Part shown: piece after piece, positions 1-10,849 of the stretch
Numbering within the stretch: position 1 is the stretch's first letter
Layout: every line of letters starts with the position of its first letter
Assembly: GCA_963666215.2 (NCBI GenBank)
Contig: CAXWPL010000002.1
Coordinates: forward strand, 576,001-640,000
Direction of reading: 5' to 3'
DNA from: Acidobacteriota bacterium
GTDB taxonomy: Bacteria > Acidobacteriota > UBA890 > WLXD01
Length of the DNA: 64,000 nucleotides
Made by a program: the position numbers and the translations under genes
The notes under the pieces: model-generated
What the model was told of the DNA's origin: nothing
The model's input: only the letters and a program-made list of their open reading frames with translations
Database searches by the model: none

Positions 1-468
1 GCCGACATCGACGCTCAGCTCAAGAGACGGCACGATCTGGTCCCCGCGCTTGTTGAAACCGTGAAGGGTTACGCCGCGCACGAGCGCCAGACGCTGCAGG
101 AGGTCGTCGAGAGACGCAGCGGCGCGCGCCAGAGTCCGAGCGGCGTACTCCCCGACGCCGCGCGAGTCGGCAGCGAGAACCTGCTGAGTCACTCGCTCAA
201 GCATCTGTTCGCTCTCGCCGAGGCTTATCCAGACCTGCGCGCTAGCGACCGCTTTCGTGGGTTACAGGAACAGTTGATAGCGATCGAGGACCAGCTGCAG
301 CTCGCCCGTCGCTACTTCAACGCGGTCGTGCGCGACTGGAACACAGCGGTGCAGCGATTTCCGGATGTCGTCGTGGCACGGGTCAGTGGATTCGCAGTGC
401 GCGACTTCTTCGAGCTCGATAGCGTGCTCGAGCGTGACGTCGTCGCCATCGATCTGGACGCGAGCTAG
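1..468 (+). CDS. lemA: LemA family protein (5' end lies outside the window)
   Basis: Frame is open from base 1: ADIDAQLKRRHDLVPALVETVKGYAAHE...AEAYPDLRAS...ARRYFN, the LemA signature. Confidence 0.9.
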   Translation, partial: ADIDAQLKRRHDLVPALVETVKGYAAHERQTLQEVVERRSGARQSPSGVLPDAARVGSENLLSHSLKHLFALAEAYPDLRASDRFRGLQEQLIAIEDQLQLARRYFNAVVRDWNTAVQRFPDVVVARVSGFAVRDFFELDSVLERDVVAIDLDAS

Positions 469-2300
469 TGGCCCGGTCAGACGGGCCGGGATCCGCGCGA
501 GGCGCTCTCGGCAGGATCGCGGCGAGTTGTCTTCGACTGTCGAGCTGCGTTGTTGTGGCCGCGTGCTGCCTAGCGGCAGGGTCGGCAGCAACTGCCGCAA
601 GCCCTGGATTTGCCGCGTCGGCGGTGCCGGCTGGCGCAGCCCAGCAGCGCTCCTATTTCATCGAATCGTTCGATGTGCGACTGCGCGTTGAAGAGTCGGG
701 CACTCTTGATGTCCTCGAGACGATTCGCTTCCGTTTCGACGGCTCGTTCGAGGGCATCTATCGCGATCTGCCGATCCGCTACGACACCCCATGGAACCTC
801 AACTACCGACTCCGCGTCAAGCCCGTTGGGGCCATCGACGAGGGTGGAGGACGGCTGCGGTTCGAGACCGACGAGCGCGGCGACGACCTTCGCTTCAAGG
901 TGTTCGTTCCCGGGGCAGTGGATGCTTCGCGGACGGTGATCCTGCACTACCGCGTCAAGAACGGGCTCAGGTATCCCGACGAGCAGGAGGGGTTCGCGGC
1001 ACACGATCAGCTCTACTGGAGCGTCACTGGCAACGGCTGGACCGTGCCTATCGAAAAGGTCCGCGCGGAGGTCGTGCTGCCCGACGGCGTTGTCGACGAG
1101 CCTTGGATGCGGTCATTCTCCGGTCCCTACGGCGCGCATTCCGACGAGGGCGTCGACGTGACTCGGTTATCGAACAACCGGGTTCTCTGGCAGGTCGACG
1201 ATCGGCTCGAGCCCGGAGAAGGATTGACGATCGTCGTGGGCTGGCCACCGGGTGCCGTACGCCGTCCGACGGCTGTCGACAAGGCCCGTGACACCCTGGC
1301 CGACAACTGGCCGCTGGGCCTGCCATTGCTGATTGGCGCGCTGATGCTCGGCGCTTTCTCGCGATTCGGCCGTGACCCGAGAATCGATCGCTCGGTCGTG
1401 GTGAGCTACGAGCCTCCGGGCGACCTGAGGCCGGCAGAGCTCGGTACGCTGATCGATGAGAAAGTCGACCTGCGAGACGTCGTGGCCACCGTCATCGACC
1501 TGGCCGTGAGAGGGTACCTGAAGATCACAGAGTCGGAGGTTGATGGCTGGTTCAAGTCGTCCACGAAGACGCATTTCGAGCGCCTTCCAGCGCCTTCCGG
1601 AGAGGTCCTGTGGCCTTTCGAGCAGCAGGTTCTCGATGGTCTCTTCGAGGGCGGCGACAACGTCGAGATGGACGATCTCAAGACGAAGTTCTACAAGCAC
1701 CTCAGCACGATCCAGGCGTCACTGTACGACCGTCTCACCGATCGCGGCTATTTTCGCGGACGCCCGGACCATGTCCGTAAACTGTGGATCTTCATCGCCG
1801 TCGCGCTGGCACCGCTCGGCATCGTGTTCGGGCTCGTCACCGACAAGCCGGCCTTCATCTTCGCCGGCATCGCGAGCGCGATCATCGTGGGTATCTTCGC
1901 CCCCTTCATGCCGGCGCGCACGGCGAGTGGCCGCATGCGATACCTGGAGACCAAGGGTTTCGAGGAGTTTCTCGGTCGCACCGAGGGAGAGCGCCTGCGT
2001 GAGCTGGAGCTATCGGATGCGGTCTTCGAGCGTTTCCTGCCGTACGCCATGGCGTTCGGTGTGGCCGATCACTGGGCCAAAGGCTTTGAAGGCCTGTTGA
2101 CAGAGCCACCGAGCTGGTACGCCGGCCCCACCGGTCAATTTCATCCGATGCTCTTCAACCAGCGGATGAATACGCTCAGCAGCGGGCTGGGCACCGCCAT
2201 GGCCAGCCAGCCGCGCAGCAGCAGCGGCTCGAGCGGGTTCTCGGGTGGCGGTGGGTTCTCGGGCGGTGGCTTTGGCGGCGGCGGAGGCGGCGCGTTCTAA
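468..2300 (+). CDS. DUF2207 (YciQ-like) membrane protein
   Basis: Signal peptide, LYWSVTGNGW motif, TM helices, FERFLPYAMAFGV and a Gly/Ser-rich C-terminal tail ending GGGGGGAF. Usual partner of lemA. Confidence 0.85.
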   Translation: MARSDGPGSARGALGRIAASCLRLSSCVVVAACCLAAGSAATAASPGFAASAVPAGAAQQRSYFIESFDVRLRVEESGTLDVLETIRFRFDGSFEGIYRDLPIRYDTPWNLNYRLRVKPVGAIDEGGGRLRFETDERGDDLRFKVFVPGAVDASRTVILHYRVKNGLRYPDEQEGFAAHDQLYWSVTGNGWTVPIEKVRAEVVLPDGVVDEPWMRSFSGPYGAHSDEGVDVTRLSNNRVLWQVDDRLEPGEGLTIVVGWPPGAVRRPTAVDKARDTLADNWPLGLPLLIGALMLGAFSRFGRDPRIDRSVVVSYEPPGDLRPAELGTLIDEKVDLRDVVATVIDLAVRGYLKITESEVDGWFKSSTKTHFERLPAPSGEVLWPFEQQVLDGLFEGGDNVEMDDLKTKFYKHLSTIQASLYDRLTDRGYFRGRPDHVRKLWIFIAVALAPLGIVFGLVTDKPAFIFAGIASAIIVGIFAPFMPARTASGRMRYLETKGFEEFLGRTEGERLRELELSDAVFERFLPYAMAFGVADHWAKGFEGLLTEPPSWYAGPTGQFHPMLFNQRMNTLSSGLGTAMASQPRSSSGSSGFSGGGGFSGGGFGGGGGGAF

Positions 2301-2387
2301 GAGAAAACAGCCGCTGCACGATGGAGCGCTGGGCCCACCCGATGGCGACCGATCCGCGGTACAAGCTCCGACAGAGGCCAGCTCTGC

Positions 2388-3970
2388 CTACAGAGCGGCG
2401 AAGCGAAAGACGAAGTCGACGTACGACTTCTCGATCTCGTCCAGGCTGGCGATGCCGCCAAGACCCTCAACTATCAAGTACTCGTTGATGGTGTGCTGGT
2501 TGGCTCCATGCCCCATACCGCCGAGAACCATAGGCAGGTTGAGTGGCGCGTCGGTGAAGAGATAGAAGGGCGCGCTGCCGGCCAGGTGGGGCCAAATCTC
2601 CGGCGAGATGTCGCGCGACTCGTACACCCCCTTGAGCGCTTGCACGATGGGGTCGGATACGGAGGTCTTGGACCATTCGTAGGCCGAAAGCGGGCGGATC
2701 TCGACGTCGTCGAAGCCGTGACGATCGAGGTGGCGCCGCGCCATCGGCATGATATCGGCGGAGCGCTGGTCGGGAACGATGCGCGAGTCGACCTTTGCGG
2801 TGGCCTCGTGCGGCAGAATCGTCGCCATTCCCGGTCCGGTGTATCCACCCCAGATGCCGTCGATATTCCACGTGGTCGTGTAGAGGTAGCGATCGATCAG
2901 GGCAAGCCCGTCGAGGTCGTCGATGAACGCGCCGACGGCGAGCGACTCGCGCCAACTCTCCGGGTCGAAGCGCTCCATCAAGATGTCGATCAATGCTGCG
3001 TCTTCGGCAGACGGAGCGCGAATCGTGTCGAGGTAACCCTCCATCCGAATCGCGGCCCCGTAGTCGTCGGTCATCGACGTCAGCGCCTGCAGCAGACGCC
3101 ACACCGGACTTTCGACGATCGCAGCGTAGGAGCCGTGAATGTTGCGGACGGCCGGTCCCCTACCCCAACGGCTGCCGGCGGCATTGAGCTCCATGGCGAC
3201 GATGCCTTTGTTGCCGAGGAACATCGACACCGACGCGTCCGGGTTCTGCATCGACATCGCGAACAACATGCCGTCGGCGGCGGCGAGACGCTCACGCTCG
3301 GTGGCGAGCGCAGCCGGAAGATTCGGGCTGCCGAGCTCTTCCTCGCCCTCGATCGTGAAGATCATGTTGACGAGCAGCGTGCCCTTGACCTCGATGATCG
3401 CCTCGAGCGCGTTGAGGTAGGCACGCAGCGGGCCCTTGGTGTTGATCGCGCCGCGCGCCATCTCGCCTTCCCGAGGCCGGGCATGTCGATGACCTTCGCC
3501 TCGCGAGGATCGTCGAGCCAGCGGTCGGGGTCGTTGATCGGCTGCGTGTCGTACATCCCGTAGTTCACCAGCGTTTTCGGAGCGCCGGCGTCATAGAGTC
3601 CCCACACCACCGGGTGGCCATCGGTTTCGATAAGCCCCGCCTCCTGGCACCCGAGCTTGCGCAGGTACTTTGCGGTCATCTCGGCGCATTCGCGCACGCC
3701 GACATTCTGTGCCGAGATGCTCGGTTGCCTCAGGTAGGCTTGGATCTCCTCGAGGTCGCCGCCAAGGCGGCGATCGATGGCTTGGTACACATCGCCGAGC
3801 TCGCCGCTCTGCGGAGCTCTCAGAGCGCTGCTGACTCGGCGACGCGGCGGACGCGTCTTGAACGCCGCGCGTAGCGGCTCGGGCAGCGCGAACGCCGGCG
3901 ACGCAGCCAAGCCCGTGCCACCAGCGGCCAGCGCGCGGCTCGATAGATTCAGGAAACGTCGACGATTCAT
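2388..3970 (-). CDS. Tat-exported M20/M25/M40 family metallopeptidase, frameshifted near 3462
   Basis: N-terminal part: MNRRRFLNL twin-arginine signal and YGMYDTQP. C-terminal part in another frame: ARGAINTKGP, IEGEEELGS, GNKG, HTINE. Confidence 0.8.
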
Positions 3971-4106
3971 CTGGCATCTCCCCCTGATTGGCTTGGCTAG
4001 GACTCGCTCCAGCTGAGAGCCCTCAACGGACGGCGCGTAATTCCGCAAATGAGGCGGGCAGCAACGCCCGATCTCCCAGCAAATCGAGAGGTCTGGAGCG
4101 GCAGTT

Positions 4107-5195
4107 CTAGTGCCGAATCTCGAACGGCAACCGCTCGCTCACCGATCGCGTCGCCTTCTTCGTCACCCCGGGCGCGTGCGTCATGTCCATGTACAGCTGT
4201 AAGTCGGAGACCGCTCGCAGCCCACCATGAACCTGGGCGTCGAAGAGCGCGCCGTGTCGGTACGTCGGCTTGACGAGGAAACAGTTGGCGTCGTGCCCGG
4301 CCGGCCGCAGCGACAGCATGTTGGTCCACGACTCGAGCGTGTGCTCGGGTTGCTCGTTGAGCTCCGGCAGGTAGACGTGGACGGGGAACGGCAGCCGGCG
4401 CTGAGGCGACCCGAGATGCAACGCGTGCAGCGCCGCATCGAGCGTCAGCGCGTAACGGTCGGACATCTCGTCGTCGACGGTACGCAGCCGTTGTAGCAAT
4501 TTCGCCGGGTCGGTGTCGCGCATACGGAACGGGTAGACCTCGTTGGAGTCGAAGGCGTAATGCTTGAGCCAATCGGCGAGCAGACGTTGGGGCTGCACGA
4601 GTCGCGAGCCACCGCCCCTCTTGCGCTCCACATAACCGTCGGTCTGCATCTGCTGGAGGATCTGCGAAACCCATCCGAGACTGAGACCCCCGTCCTTGGC
4701 GATCTGCCGGGTCGTCATCCATTGCCCGGGGGATTTCAGCAGCACCCGGAGCGGGATGGTTGCCTTGTCGTGGAACAGCGTGCGCACCTGTTTCCGCGCG
4801 GTGAAACGGTTCCGGTTGCCGGCGATCTGCACAAACACCTGGTTGAACCGCAGATAGCCGTTGCCGCAGCAGTCGAGGTAGCCCAGTCCGGCTTCGCGGC
4901 AGATCCGGATTCCTGCGACTCCGAGATGGGGCGCGAGCAGCACCGCCGCCACACCCTTCGCCGAGCCCAGCGTCCGTAGCCGCGGCAGTGCCTCGCGCAC
5001 GTGTCGTGGCTCACCGCTCGCAACCGAGACGCACAACAGATGCCGGACCGCGCCAGAGTGGCCCAGGAGATCCATCTGAACGACCGACGAATCCCACTCG
5101 GCGACGCCCACGCGAACGCTGGTGCCAAGCACCGGCGGCAGCAGATCTGGCCCGTGCCGCAGGAAGTGTGCTCGGACTTCGCCCGACGTATTCAT
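4107..5195 (-). CDS. AbiEi-like (type IV antitoxin-type, AbiEi_2/DUF2186-like) winged-HTH regulator
   Basis: N-terminal APHLG...REAGLGYLDCCGN, central HTH TTRQIAKDGGLSLGWVSQIL, LLADW, and C-terminal VSDLQLYMDM. Confidence 0.6.
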   Translation of the reverse strand: MNTSGEVRAHFLRHGPDLLPPVLGTSVRVGVAEWDSSVVQMDLLGHSGAVRHLLCVSVASGEPRHVREALPRLRTLGSAKGVAAVLLAPHLGVAGIRICREAGLGYLDCCGNGYLRFNQVFVQIAGNRNRFTARKQVRTLFHDKATIPLRVLLKSPGQWMTTRQIAKDGGLSLGWVSQILQQMQTDGYVERKRGGGSRLVQPQRLLADWLKHYAFDSNEVYPFRMRDTDPAKLLQRLRTVDDEMSDRYALTLDAALHALHLGSPQRRLPFPVHVYLPELNEQPEHTLESWTNMLSLRPAGHDANCFLVKPTYRHGALFDAQVHGGLRAVSDLQLYMDMTHAPGVTKKATRSVSERLPFEIRH

Positions 5196-5412
5196 CGCTC
5201 GGCCTTGCGGCGACGCGGCGGCCTGAGCTGGAGACAGAAGAACGGGATCGAGAGCACGGGCGTCGTGGGCTGGGGTGGGCCGGCGCGATCTGTCGGGTTA
5301 TAGCACCGCGCGTTGGGCCATGCCAGCTTTCGCCCCGATGCATGGCAAATCGGTGGCCGGTCCGCGATATTTGCCCGCGCACAGCCCCCGAAATCAGCCT
5401 TCGGAGCGCTCG

Positions 5413-5973
5413 CTAGCTGTCGCCAGTCGGCATGCGCTCGAGTCGCAACCGGTGGGAGACGACGTTGGCCGCCGTGTCGTACGGCAGCGATCCCGTATGC
5501 CGCACTCGCCGACGCTGGTCCGCGCGCAGCTCGATGCGGACGGGATCGCTATGCACGATGTCGTCGTTGTCGTCGAGGAGATCGAGCGTGACTTCCACCT
5601 CGACCGGCTGTGCTCCCGCGTTCACGACGTCGGCCCACCACTCGAAGTACGCCCGATCGTCGTCGGCCGTTGTCCAGTCGAACGCGTTGTCACCGAGCTC
5701 CAGCTGGCTGGCGGCGGACACCGTGACTGCCCTTCCCAACCTGCCTCCAGCCTGCCCGGTCTCGCGATTTCCGAGGGTTCGCCCGCCGTCGGCGACGGAC
5801 AGGCTGGCGGACTGCAGCACAAGCACGAGCGCGATCAGGCCGCTGAGACCGGCAAGGGATCTTGCTGACGCTGGAGGGCTTACGCGTCGCTGCCTTCGCC
5901 AACGGTGCTGCCGCTGGCTGTGCTGGCGAGCGCGCCCCGATGCTTTCATGTCGCTGTTGGCGATAACGGTCAC
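5413..5973 (-). CDS. Hypothetical exported protein (small beta-sandwich, FxLYD-like)
   Basis: Basic N-terminus and hydrophobic signal, then VVNAGAQPVEVEVTLDLLDDNDDIV. Confidence 0.5.
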   Translation of the reverse strand: MTVIANSDMKASGRARQHSQRQHRWRRQRRVSPPASARSLAGLSGLIALVLVLQSASLSVADGGRTLGNRETGQAGGRLGRAVTVSAASQLELGDNAFDWTTADDDRAYFEWWADVVNAGAQPVEVEVTLDLLDDNDDIVHSDPVRIELRADQRRRVRHTGSLPYDTAANVVSHRLRLERMPTGDS

Positions 5974-6150
5974 GCCAAGCCTCCAGGATCGATTTTATTC
6001 TCGGTCTCGGTCTCGATGACGGGCGAGGCGTTGGAATCCATTGCCAACCGGCGTCGCCGCTCATGTTGTGATCAAGCTTGCACGCCCGTTCAGCTGCGGT
6101 CAAAGACGCCGGCCGAGCGAGCGTCCGCCCTCGCTCCGGTACGACGGCAA

Positions 6151-8406
6151 TCAGTCCGGCTCCCAGATCGGGTCGACATTGGGGTCGTGGTCCCAGGGGC
6201 GTTCCGGATCGGCGCTCTGGAAACCCGAGAATCGCGAAGACGACGAGGCGCTGCCGCGGTTCTCGAATCGGGTACCCGTAGAGGCTGAGCTCGCCGCTCG
6301 GGGCGGTCTTGCTGTGGCAGGCGGCTCGGCTTCTGCGAGCTCCCACGGTTCCACGTGGTGCGGCTGGAGCTCCTGGACAAACCGCGACGGCTGTTGCAGG
6401 AGAGACCCCGAGGCGCCCGGTCGCACGATCGGGTAGCTCAGGTAGAGCTCGCTGCGGGCACGAGTCATGCCCACGTAGAAGATCCGACGCTCCTCCTCTT
6501 CGCCCCCTTCGTCGATCGCACGCGGGCTCGGGATCGCACCTTCGACGAGATGAATCAGGAACACCGCGTCCCACTCGAGACCCTTCGCTTGGTGGATCGT
6601 CGAGAGCACCACGCGTGGCTCATCGCGATGAAGGTCCTGCACGTCCTGGCCGTGCAGCTCTCCTAGCAGCACGAGCTCTTCGAGGAAACTGGCGATGGTG
6701 TCGTACTGGGTGGCGAAGACCGCCAGCTGTTCGAGGTCTTCCATGCGCGAATCGAAGTTGGTGAAGTGGGCCGCCGCGTAGTCCGCATAACCATCAAGGA
6801 GGATCGTTCGGATTGCCGTCTCCGGCTCGTCACACTTCTCTTGCACCGCGGTAAGCATCTCGACCAGGTGGGCCCACGGGCCGCGCGCGTGGCGGCGCAG
6901 CAGCTTCAGCACTTCGGGGCTCGTGAGCAAACGGAGCAAGGCGGCCGCATCGGTGGTTGTACCAATGGCGCGACGCACACGCTCGGCGGTAACGTTGCCG
7001 ACACCGGGCTGCATGAGCAGTAAACGTCGCAACGCTACTTCGTCTTGTGGGTTAGCAATCACCCGCAGGTAGGCGGTCACGTCTTTGATGTGGGCCTGCT
7101 CGAAAAAACGCAGGCCACCACGGATCTCGTAGGGGATGTCGTAGCGCAGCAGCGTTGTCTCGAGCGACAAGCGGTGCGAGTGGGCGCGGTACAGGACGGC
7201 CACTCGGTCGAGCTCGGTGCCCTCGTCACGCAGTTGCAGCAGGCGTTCCGCAACGAAGGCCGCCTCCTGCTCGGGGTAGTTGCACGCCACCAGAGCGGGC
7301 AACATTCCGGATCGCCGCTTAGCGGTGAGCTCCTTCGTGAACTGCCCCTGGTTGTGACGAATACTGTCGTTGGTGAGCGCCAGAATCTGTGGCGTGCTGC
7401 GATAGTTGACCTCGAGCTTGAACACCTCGGTTCCCGGGTTGCGCTCGGGGAAGCCGAGAATGTTCTCGTAGTGGGCGCCACGGAAGGCGTAGATACTCTG
7501 GCAATCGTCGCCGACCACCATCAGGTTGCCGGGCACTGCGGCCGATCTTGCCGGCACCTCACCGCCCCCTGCTAGCGTCGACTGCGAGCTCGAGGAAGGA
7601 CTCGCGGTGCGCTCGTCGGCGACATTCTGCGAACCGTTGGCGATGGCCTCGACGATGGCGCCCTGAACACGGTTCGTGTCTTGGTACTCGTCCACCAAGA
7701 CGTGACGAAACTGCTGCGCGTAGCGCTGCTGCAGCTCCGGGTACTCGAGCAGCATTCGCAGCCACAGCAGCAGCAGGTCGTCGTAGTCCATGGCGTTCGC
7801 CGCGTGCTTGCGTTCGGCGTAGCGTGTGGTGACGGCGATGATTTCCTGCCCCCAGTCGACGAAGCGGGGGTAGCGATCGACGAGGATCTCGTCGATCGGA
7901 TCGCCGGTGTTGGCCGACAGCGAGATCATCGAGCACAGCAGACGCGGCGCCGGGAAGCGGCGCCGCTTGACGTCGACCCCGACGTCGGTGATGCAGAGCC
8001 GCATAACGTCGCGCTGATCGGACTCGTCGAGAATCGAAAAGCTCTCGTTGTAGCCGAAAAGGGCGCCGTGACGACGCAGAAGCCGGGCTCCGATCGAGTG
8101 GAAGGTCCCCGCCCACAGCCGGGGCCCGTCGATGCCGGTGAGCTCGCGAACGCGGCCGACCATCTCTCTCGCCGCCTTGTTGGTGAACGTCACCAGCAGC
8201 AGGCCGTCGGGGGGCACGCCCTGTGAAAGCAGGTAGGCCACGCGGTAGGTCAGCGTGCGCGTCTTGCCGGTGCCGGCGCCTGCAATCACCAGCTTGGGGC
8301 CATCGCCGCAAGTGACGGCGGCGCGCTGCTGCTCGTTGAGGTCGGCGTCGAAATCCGCGCGAACACTCAGCGCCGGACGACTCGGCAGAACGAATCGGCG
8401 CGCCAT
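6151..8406 (-). CDS. ATP-dependent DNA helicase, UvrD/PcrA family
   Basis: LNEQQ, AGAGTGKT, TFTNKAAREM, DEYQD, GDDCQSIYAFRGA, NYRS, TIHQAKGLEW, YVGMTRAR. Start taken at MARRFVL (8406). Confidence 0.93.
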   Translation of the reverse strand: MARRFVLPSRPALSVRADFDADLNEQQRAAVTCGDGPKLVIAGAGTGKTRTLTYRVAYLLSQGVPPDGLLLVTFTNKAAREMVGRVRELTGIDGPRLWAGTFHSIGARLLRRHGALFGYNESFSILDESDQRDVMRLCITDVGVDVKRRRFPAPRLLCSMISLSANTGDPIDEILVDRYPRFVDWGQEIIAVTTRYAERKHAANAMDYDDLLLLWLRMLLEYPELQQRYAQQFRHVLVDEYQDTNRVQGAIVEAIANGSQNVADERTASPSSSSQSTLAGGGEVPARSAAVPGNLMVVGDDCQSIYAFRGAHYENILGFPERNPGTEVFKLEVNYRSTPQILALTNDSIRHNQGQFTKELTAKRRSGMLPALVACNYPEQEAAFVAERLLQLRDEGTELDRVAVLYRAHSHRLSLETTLLRYDIPYEIRGGLRFFEQAHIKDVTAYLRVIANPQDEVALRRLLLMQPGVGNVTAERVRRAIGTTTDAAALLRLLTSPEVLKLLRRHARGPWAHLVEMLTAVQEKCDEPETAIRTILLDGYADYAAAHFTNFDSRMEDLEQLAVFATQYDTIASFLEELVLLGELHGQDVQDLHRDEPRVVLSTIHQAKGLEWDAVFLIHLVEGAIPSPRAIDEGGEEEERRIFYVGMTRARSELYLSYPIVRPGASGSLLQQPSRFVQELQPHHVEPWELAEAEPPATARPPRAASSASTGTRFENRGSASSSSRFSGFQSADPERPWDHDPNVDPIWEPD

Positions 8407-8416
8407 CGATTGCAGG

Positions 8417-10234
8417 CTACCGGAGGGGCATTGGAACGGGCGCCTCGAGAAGCGCCCACGAGGGACCGGCTCCGCGTAGCAGCGCCACCAGCCGGGCGCT
8501 CTCGAGCCAGCTGTCGGTGAGCGCGCCTGGTAGTCGCGGCGGCAGCGAAGATCGCGGTGATGCGGCTGCCACGAGCGCCAGCGCATCGGAGAGCTTCCGT
8601 TGGTCTGACAGCGCCATGCGCACTTCCGTTAGCAGGCTTCCCATCTGTTCGAAAACCGAGCGCGACTCGGGATAAACCTGTAGCGAGATCCCGGCTCGCA
8701 GGGGAATTCCCGCGGCGCGACGAGCAGCCTGTACCGCCAGGTTCAGGCCGCCGATCTTGTCGACCAGATTGAGCTCCAGCGCCTGCTGACCGGTCCACAC
8801 ACGACCGGAGCCGATGGCGTCGACCTCAGCGAGGGTCATGCCGCGGGCGTCGGCAACCTTGGCGAGAAACTCGTCGTATGTCTGTTGAACCGAAGTCTCC
8901 AGTGCCAGGCGCTGCTCTGGCCCGAGTGGTGACGATTCGACAAAGATGGCCGCATTGGCGCCACGAGTGATCGTCTCGTTATTGATGCCGATCTTCTCGT
9001 AGGTGCCCTCCAGGTTGATGCGCGACATGACGACGCCGATCGATCCGGTGTAGGTGCTGGCGTCGGCGTAGACCTCGGTCGCCGCAGTGGCGATCCAGTA
9101 GCCACCGGAGGCGGCAACGTCAGACATGCTCACGATGACCGGCTTGGTTTCGGCGGCCAGCTTGGTCTCGCGCCACATGACGTCGGCCGCGGTGACCGCA
9201 CCACCCGGGCTGTCGACCCGCAAGACGATCGCTGCTACGGACGCATCGCGTCGCGCCCGAGAGATCAGCCGCGCGATGGTCTCACCTCCCGCCACCCTGT
9301 CGCCGAACGGGCCGTCCACGGCGCCACCCGGCACCATCATGCCGTCGACGTGAATGAGCGCGATCTTGGCTGCGCCGCTCAGCCACCCGAAGCTCGTCTC
9401 GCTTCCTCGTAGATAGGCACGGACCGAGGTCGTGCGGAGACGCCCGAGCTTCTCCCTCAAGTCGTGGTTGAGCTCGTCTTCGAATCCGAGCGCGTCGACC
9501 AGACGCAGCTGCTCGGCTCTACGGGCGCCGACAATACCCTCGTCGATCGCAGCCTTGACGGCGGCCGGCTCGAGGCTCCTGCCGGTGGCGATACCGTCGA
9601 CGACGCGGTCGTAAATGTCGTCGAGTAGGCGCTCGAGAAAGGCGCGCTCTTCCGCCGCCATCTCGGTGTCGGTGTAGGCGCTCATCGCGGTCTTGAACGG
9701 ACCCGTGCGGAAGACCTCGAACTCCACTCCGAGACTGTCGAGAAGGTCGCGATAGTACTGTCGGCGCGAGACCAGACCCAGGAGGAAGTTGCCGCTCGGG
9801 ATCTGGTAAATGCGCTCCGCACCGGCGGCAACGTACAGGTCGACCAGCGTGCCGATCTCGACGAGGGCGTAGATCGGCTTGCCGGCATCTCGAACGATCG
9901 CGAGGGCGGAGCGGATTTCCTCCGCCTTGGCGAAGCCCGTTTGCAGCGGGCCGACCCTCAACAACACACCCTCAATCCGCGAATCGTTCGCCGCGCGGCG
10001 CAGCGCCGTGTCGATCTCGCGCAGGCTCAGGGGCCCGACCAAACGATCGCCCCAGAACGACGTTGGGCGCTCCACCACGGGCCCGCTGAGACGCAGCTCG
10101 AGCACGTTGGCTCTGCGGCTCCCTGACGGAATCCCGAGCACCCAGCGGTCGATGAGTCGAGTGCTCGTCCAGAACGCGAAGAGCAACACGCCGAAGCCGA
10201 TCAACAGCCAGGGGACCAAGCGCCGCCGGCTCAC
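8417..10234 (-). CDS. sppA: Signal peptide peptidase SppA (67K type)
   Basis: N-terminal TM helix and two S49 domains: RVDSPGG, AASGGYWIA, TGSIGV, GRVWTG. Confidence 0.92.
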   Translation of the reverse strand: MSRRRLVPWLLIGFGVLLFAFWTSTRLIDRWVLGIPSGSRRANVLELRLSGPVVERPTSFWGDRLVGPLSLREIDTALRRAANDSRIEGVLLRVGPLQTGFAKAEEIRSALAIVRDAGKPIYALVEIGTLVDLYVAAGAERIYQIPSGNFLLGLVSRRQYYRDLLDSLGVEFEVFRTGPFKTAMSAYTDTEMAAEERAFLERLLDDIYDRVVDGIATGRSLEPAAVKAAIDEGIVGARRAEQLRLVDALGFEDELNHDLREKLGRLRTTSVRAYLRGSETSFGWLSGAAKIALIHVDGMMVPGGAVDGPFGDRVAGGETIARLISRARRDASVAAIVLRVDSPGGAVTAADVMWRETKLAAETKPVIVSMSDVAASGGYWIATAATEVYADASTYTGSIGVVMSRINLEGTYEKIGINNETITRGANAAIFVESSPLGPEQRLALETSVQQTYDEFLAKVADARGMTLAEVDAIGSGRVWTGQQALELNLVDKIGGLNLAVQAARRAAGIPLRAGISLQVYPESRSVFEQMGSLLTEVRMALSDQRKLSDALALVAAASPRSSLPPRLPGALTDSWLESARLVALLRGAGPSWALLEAPVPMPLR

Positions 10235-10276
10235 CTCGCCCCTCCGGAGTTGCGAGGGGCCCTGTGGACGGAGATG

Positions 10277-10684
10277 TCAGAAGCGAACATGAAAGCCTTT
10301 CAGTGGCTCGTCAGCGTCTCTGGTCTCGTGCTGACTTTCACGGGTGTTGTCGTCGGGCGACTTCCCCTCAGGATCCTCGGCTCGACCTGGCGTCTTGCGA
10401 CGAGCGGTATGTTCGTTGCTCCGCTCGAGATCGATGACGGCCATTTCGACGGTCTCGACCGCTTCCACGATGGATGCCGGAGGACCGCTGTGGCACCACT
10501 CAACGAACTCATCCGCTCGATCGCGAGGCCCCACGACCAACGCTTCTACCGATCCGTCTCGGCAGTTTCGAACCCACCCGCGCAGCCCCAAGCCGAGCGC
10601 CGATTTGCGAGCACTGGCTCGGTAGAAGACCCCTTGGACGCGACCGCGTACGCGTATCTGCAGACGAACGTCGGCAACGCTCAT
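10277..10684 (-). CDS. acyP: Acylphosphatase
   Basis: VRGRVQGVFYR...GWVRNCRDGSVE...WCHSGPPAS, with a low-complexity insertion before the final FHVRF. Confidence 0.88.
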   Translation of the reverse strand: MSVADVRLQIRVRGRVQGVFYRASARKSALGLGLRGWVRNCRDGSVEALVVGPRDRADEFVEWCHSGPPASIVEAVETVEMAVIDLERSNEHTARRKTPGRAEDPEGKSPDDNTRESQHETRDADEPLKGFHVRF

Positions 10685-10849
10685 CGCGGCATTCTACCAG
10701 GGAGGGTCACGGCTCCGTGCAACCGACGGCGGTCGCGTTCGACGGCACGTGTTTGCTGCCGGGGTCGGCGCTGTCTACTGTGAGGGCCGGCATCCGATTT
10801 CGATTCGGATCAGCTGGTAGAATAACGCGGCTGGTGGGTATGCGCGGTT

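Noticed and set aside
3440-3480. Programmed frameshifting as an explanation for the split genes
   Set aside because: No slippery heptamers were seen at the breakpoints I examined, and these families are not known for recoding; indel error or decay is simpler.
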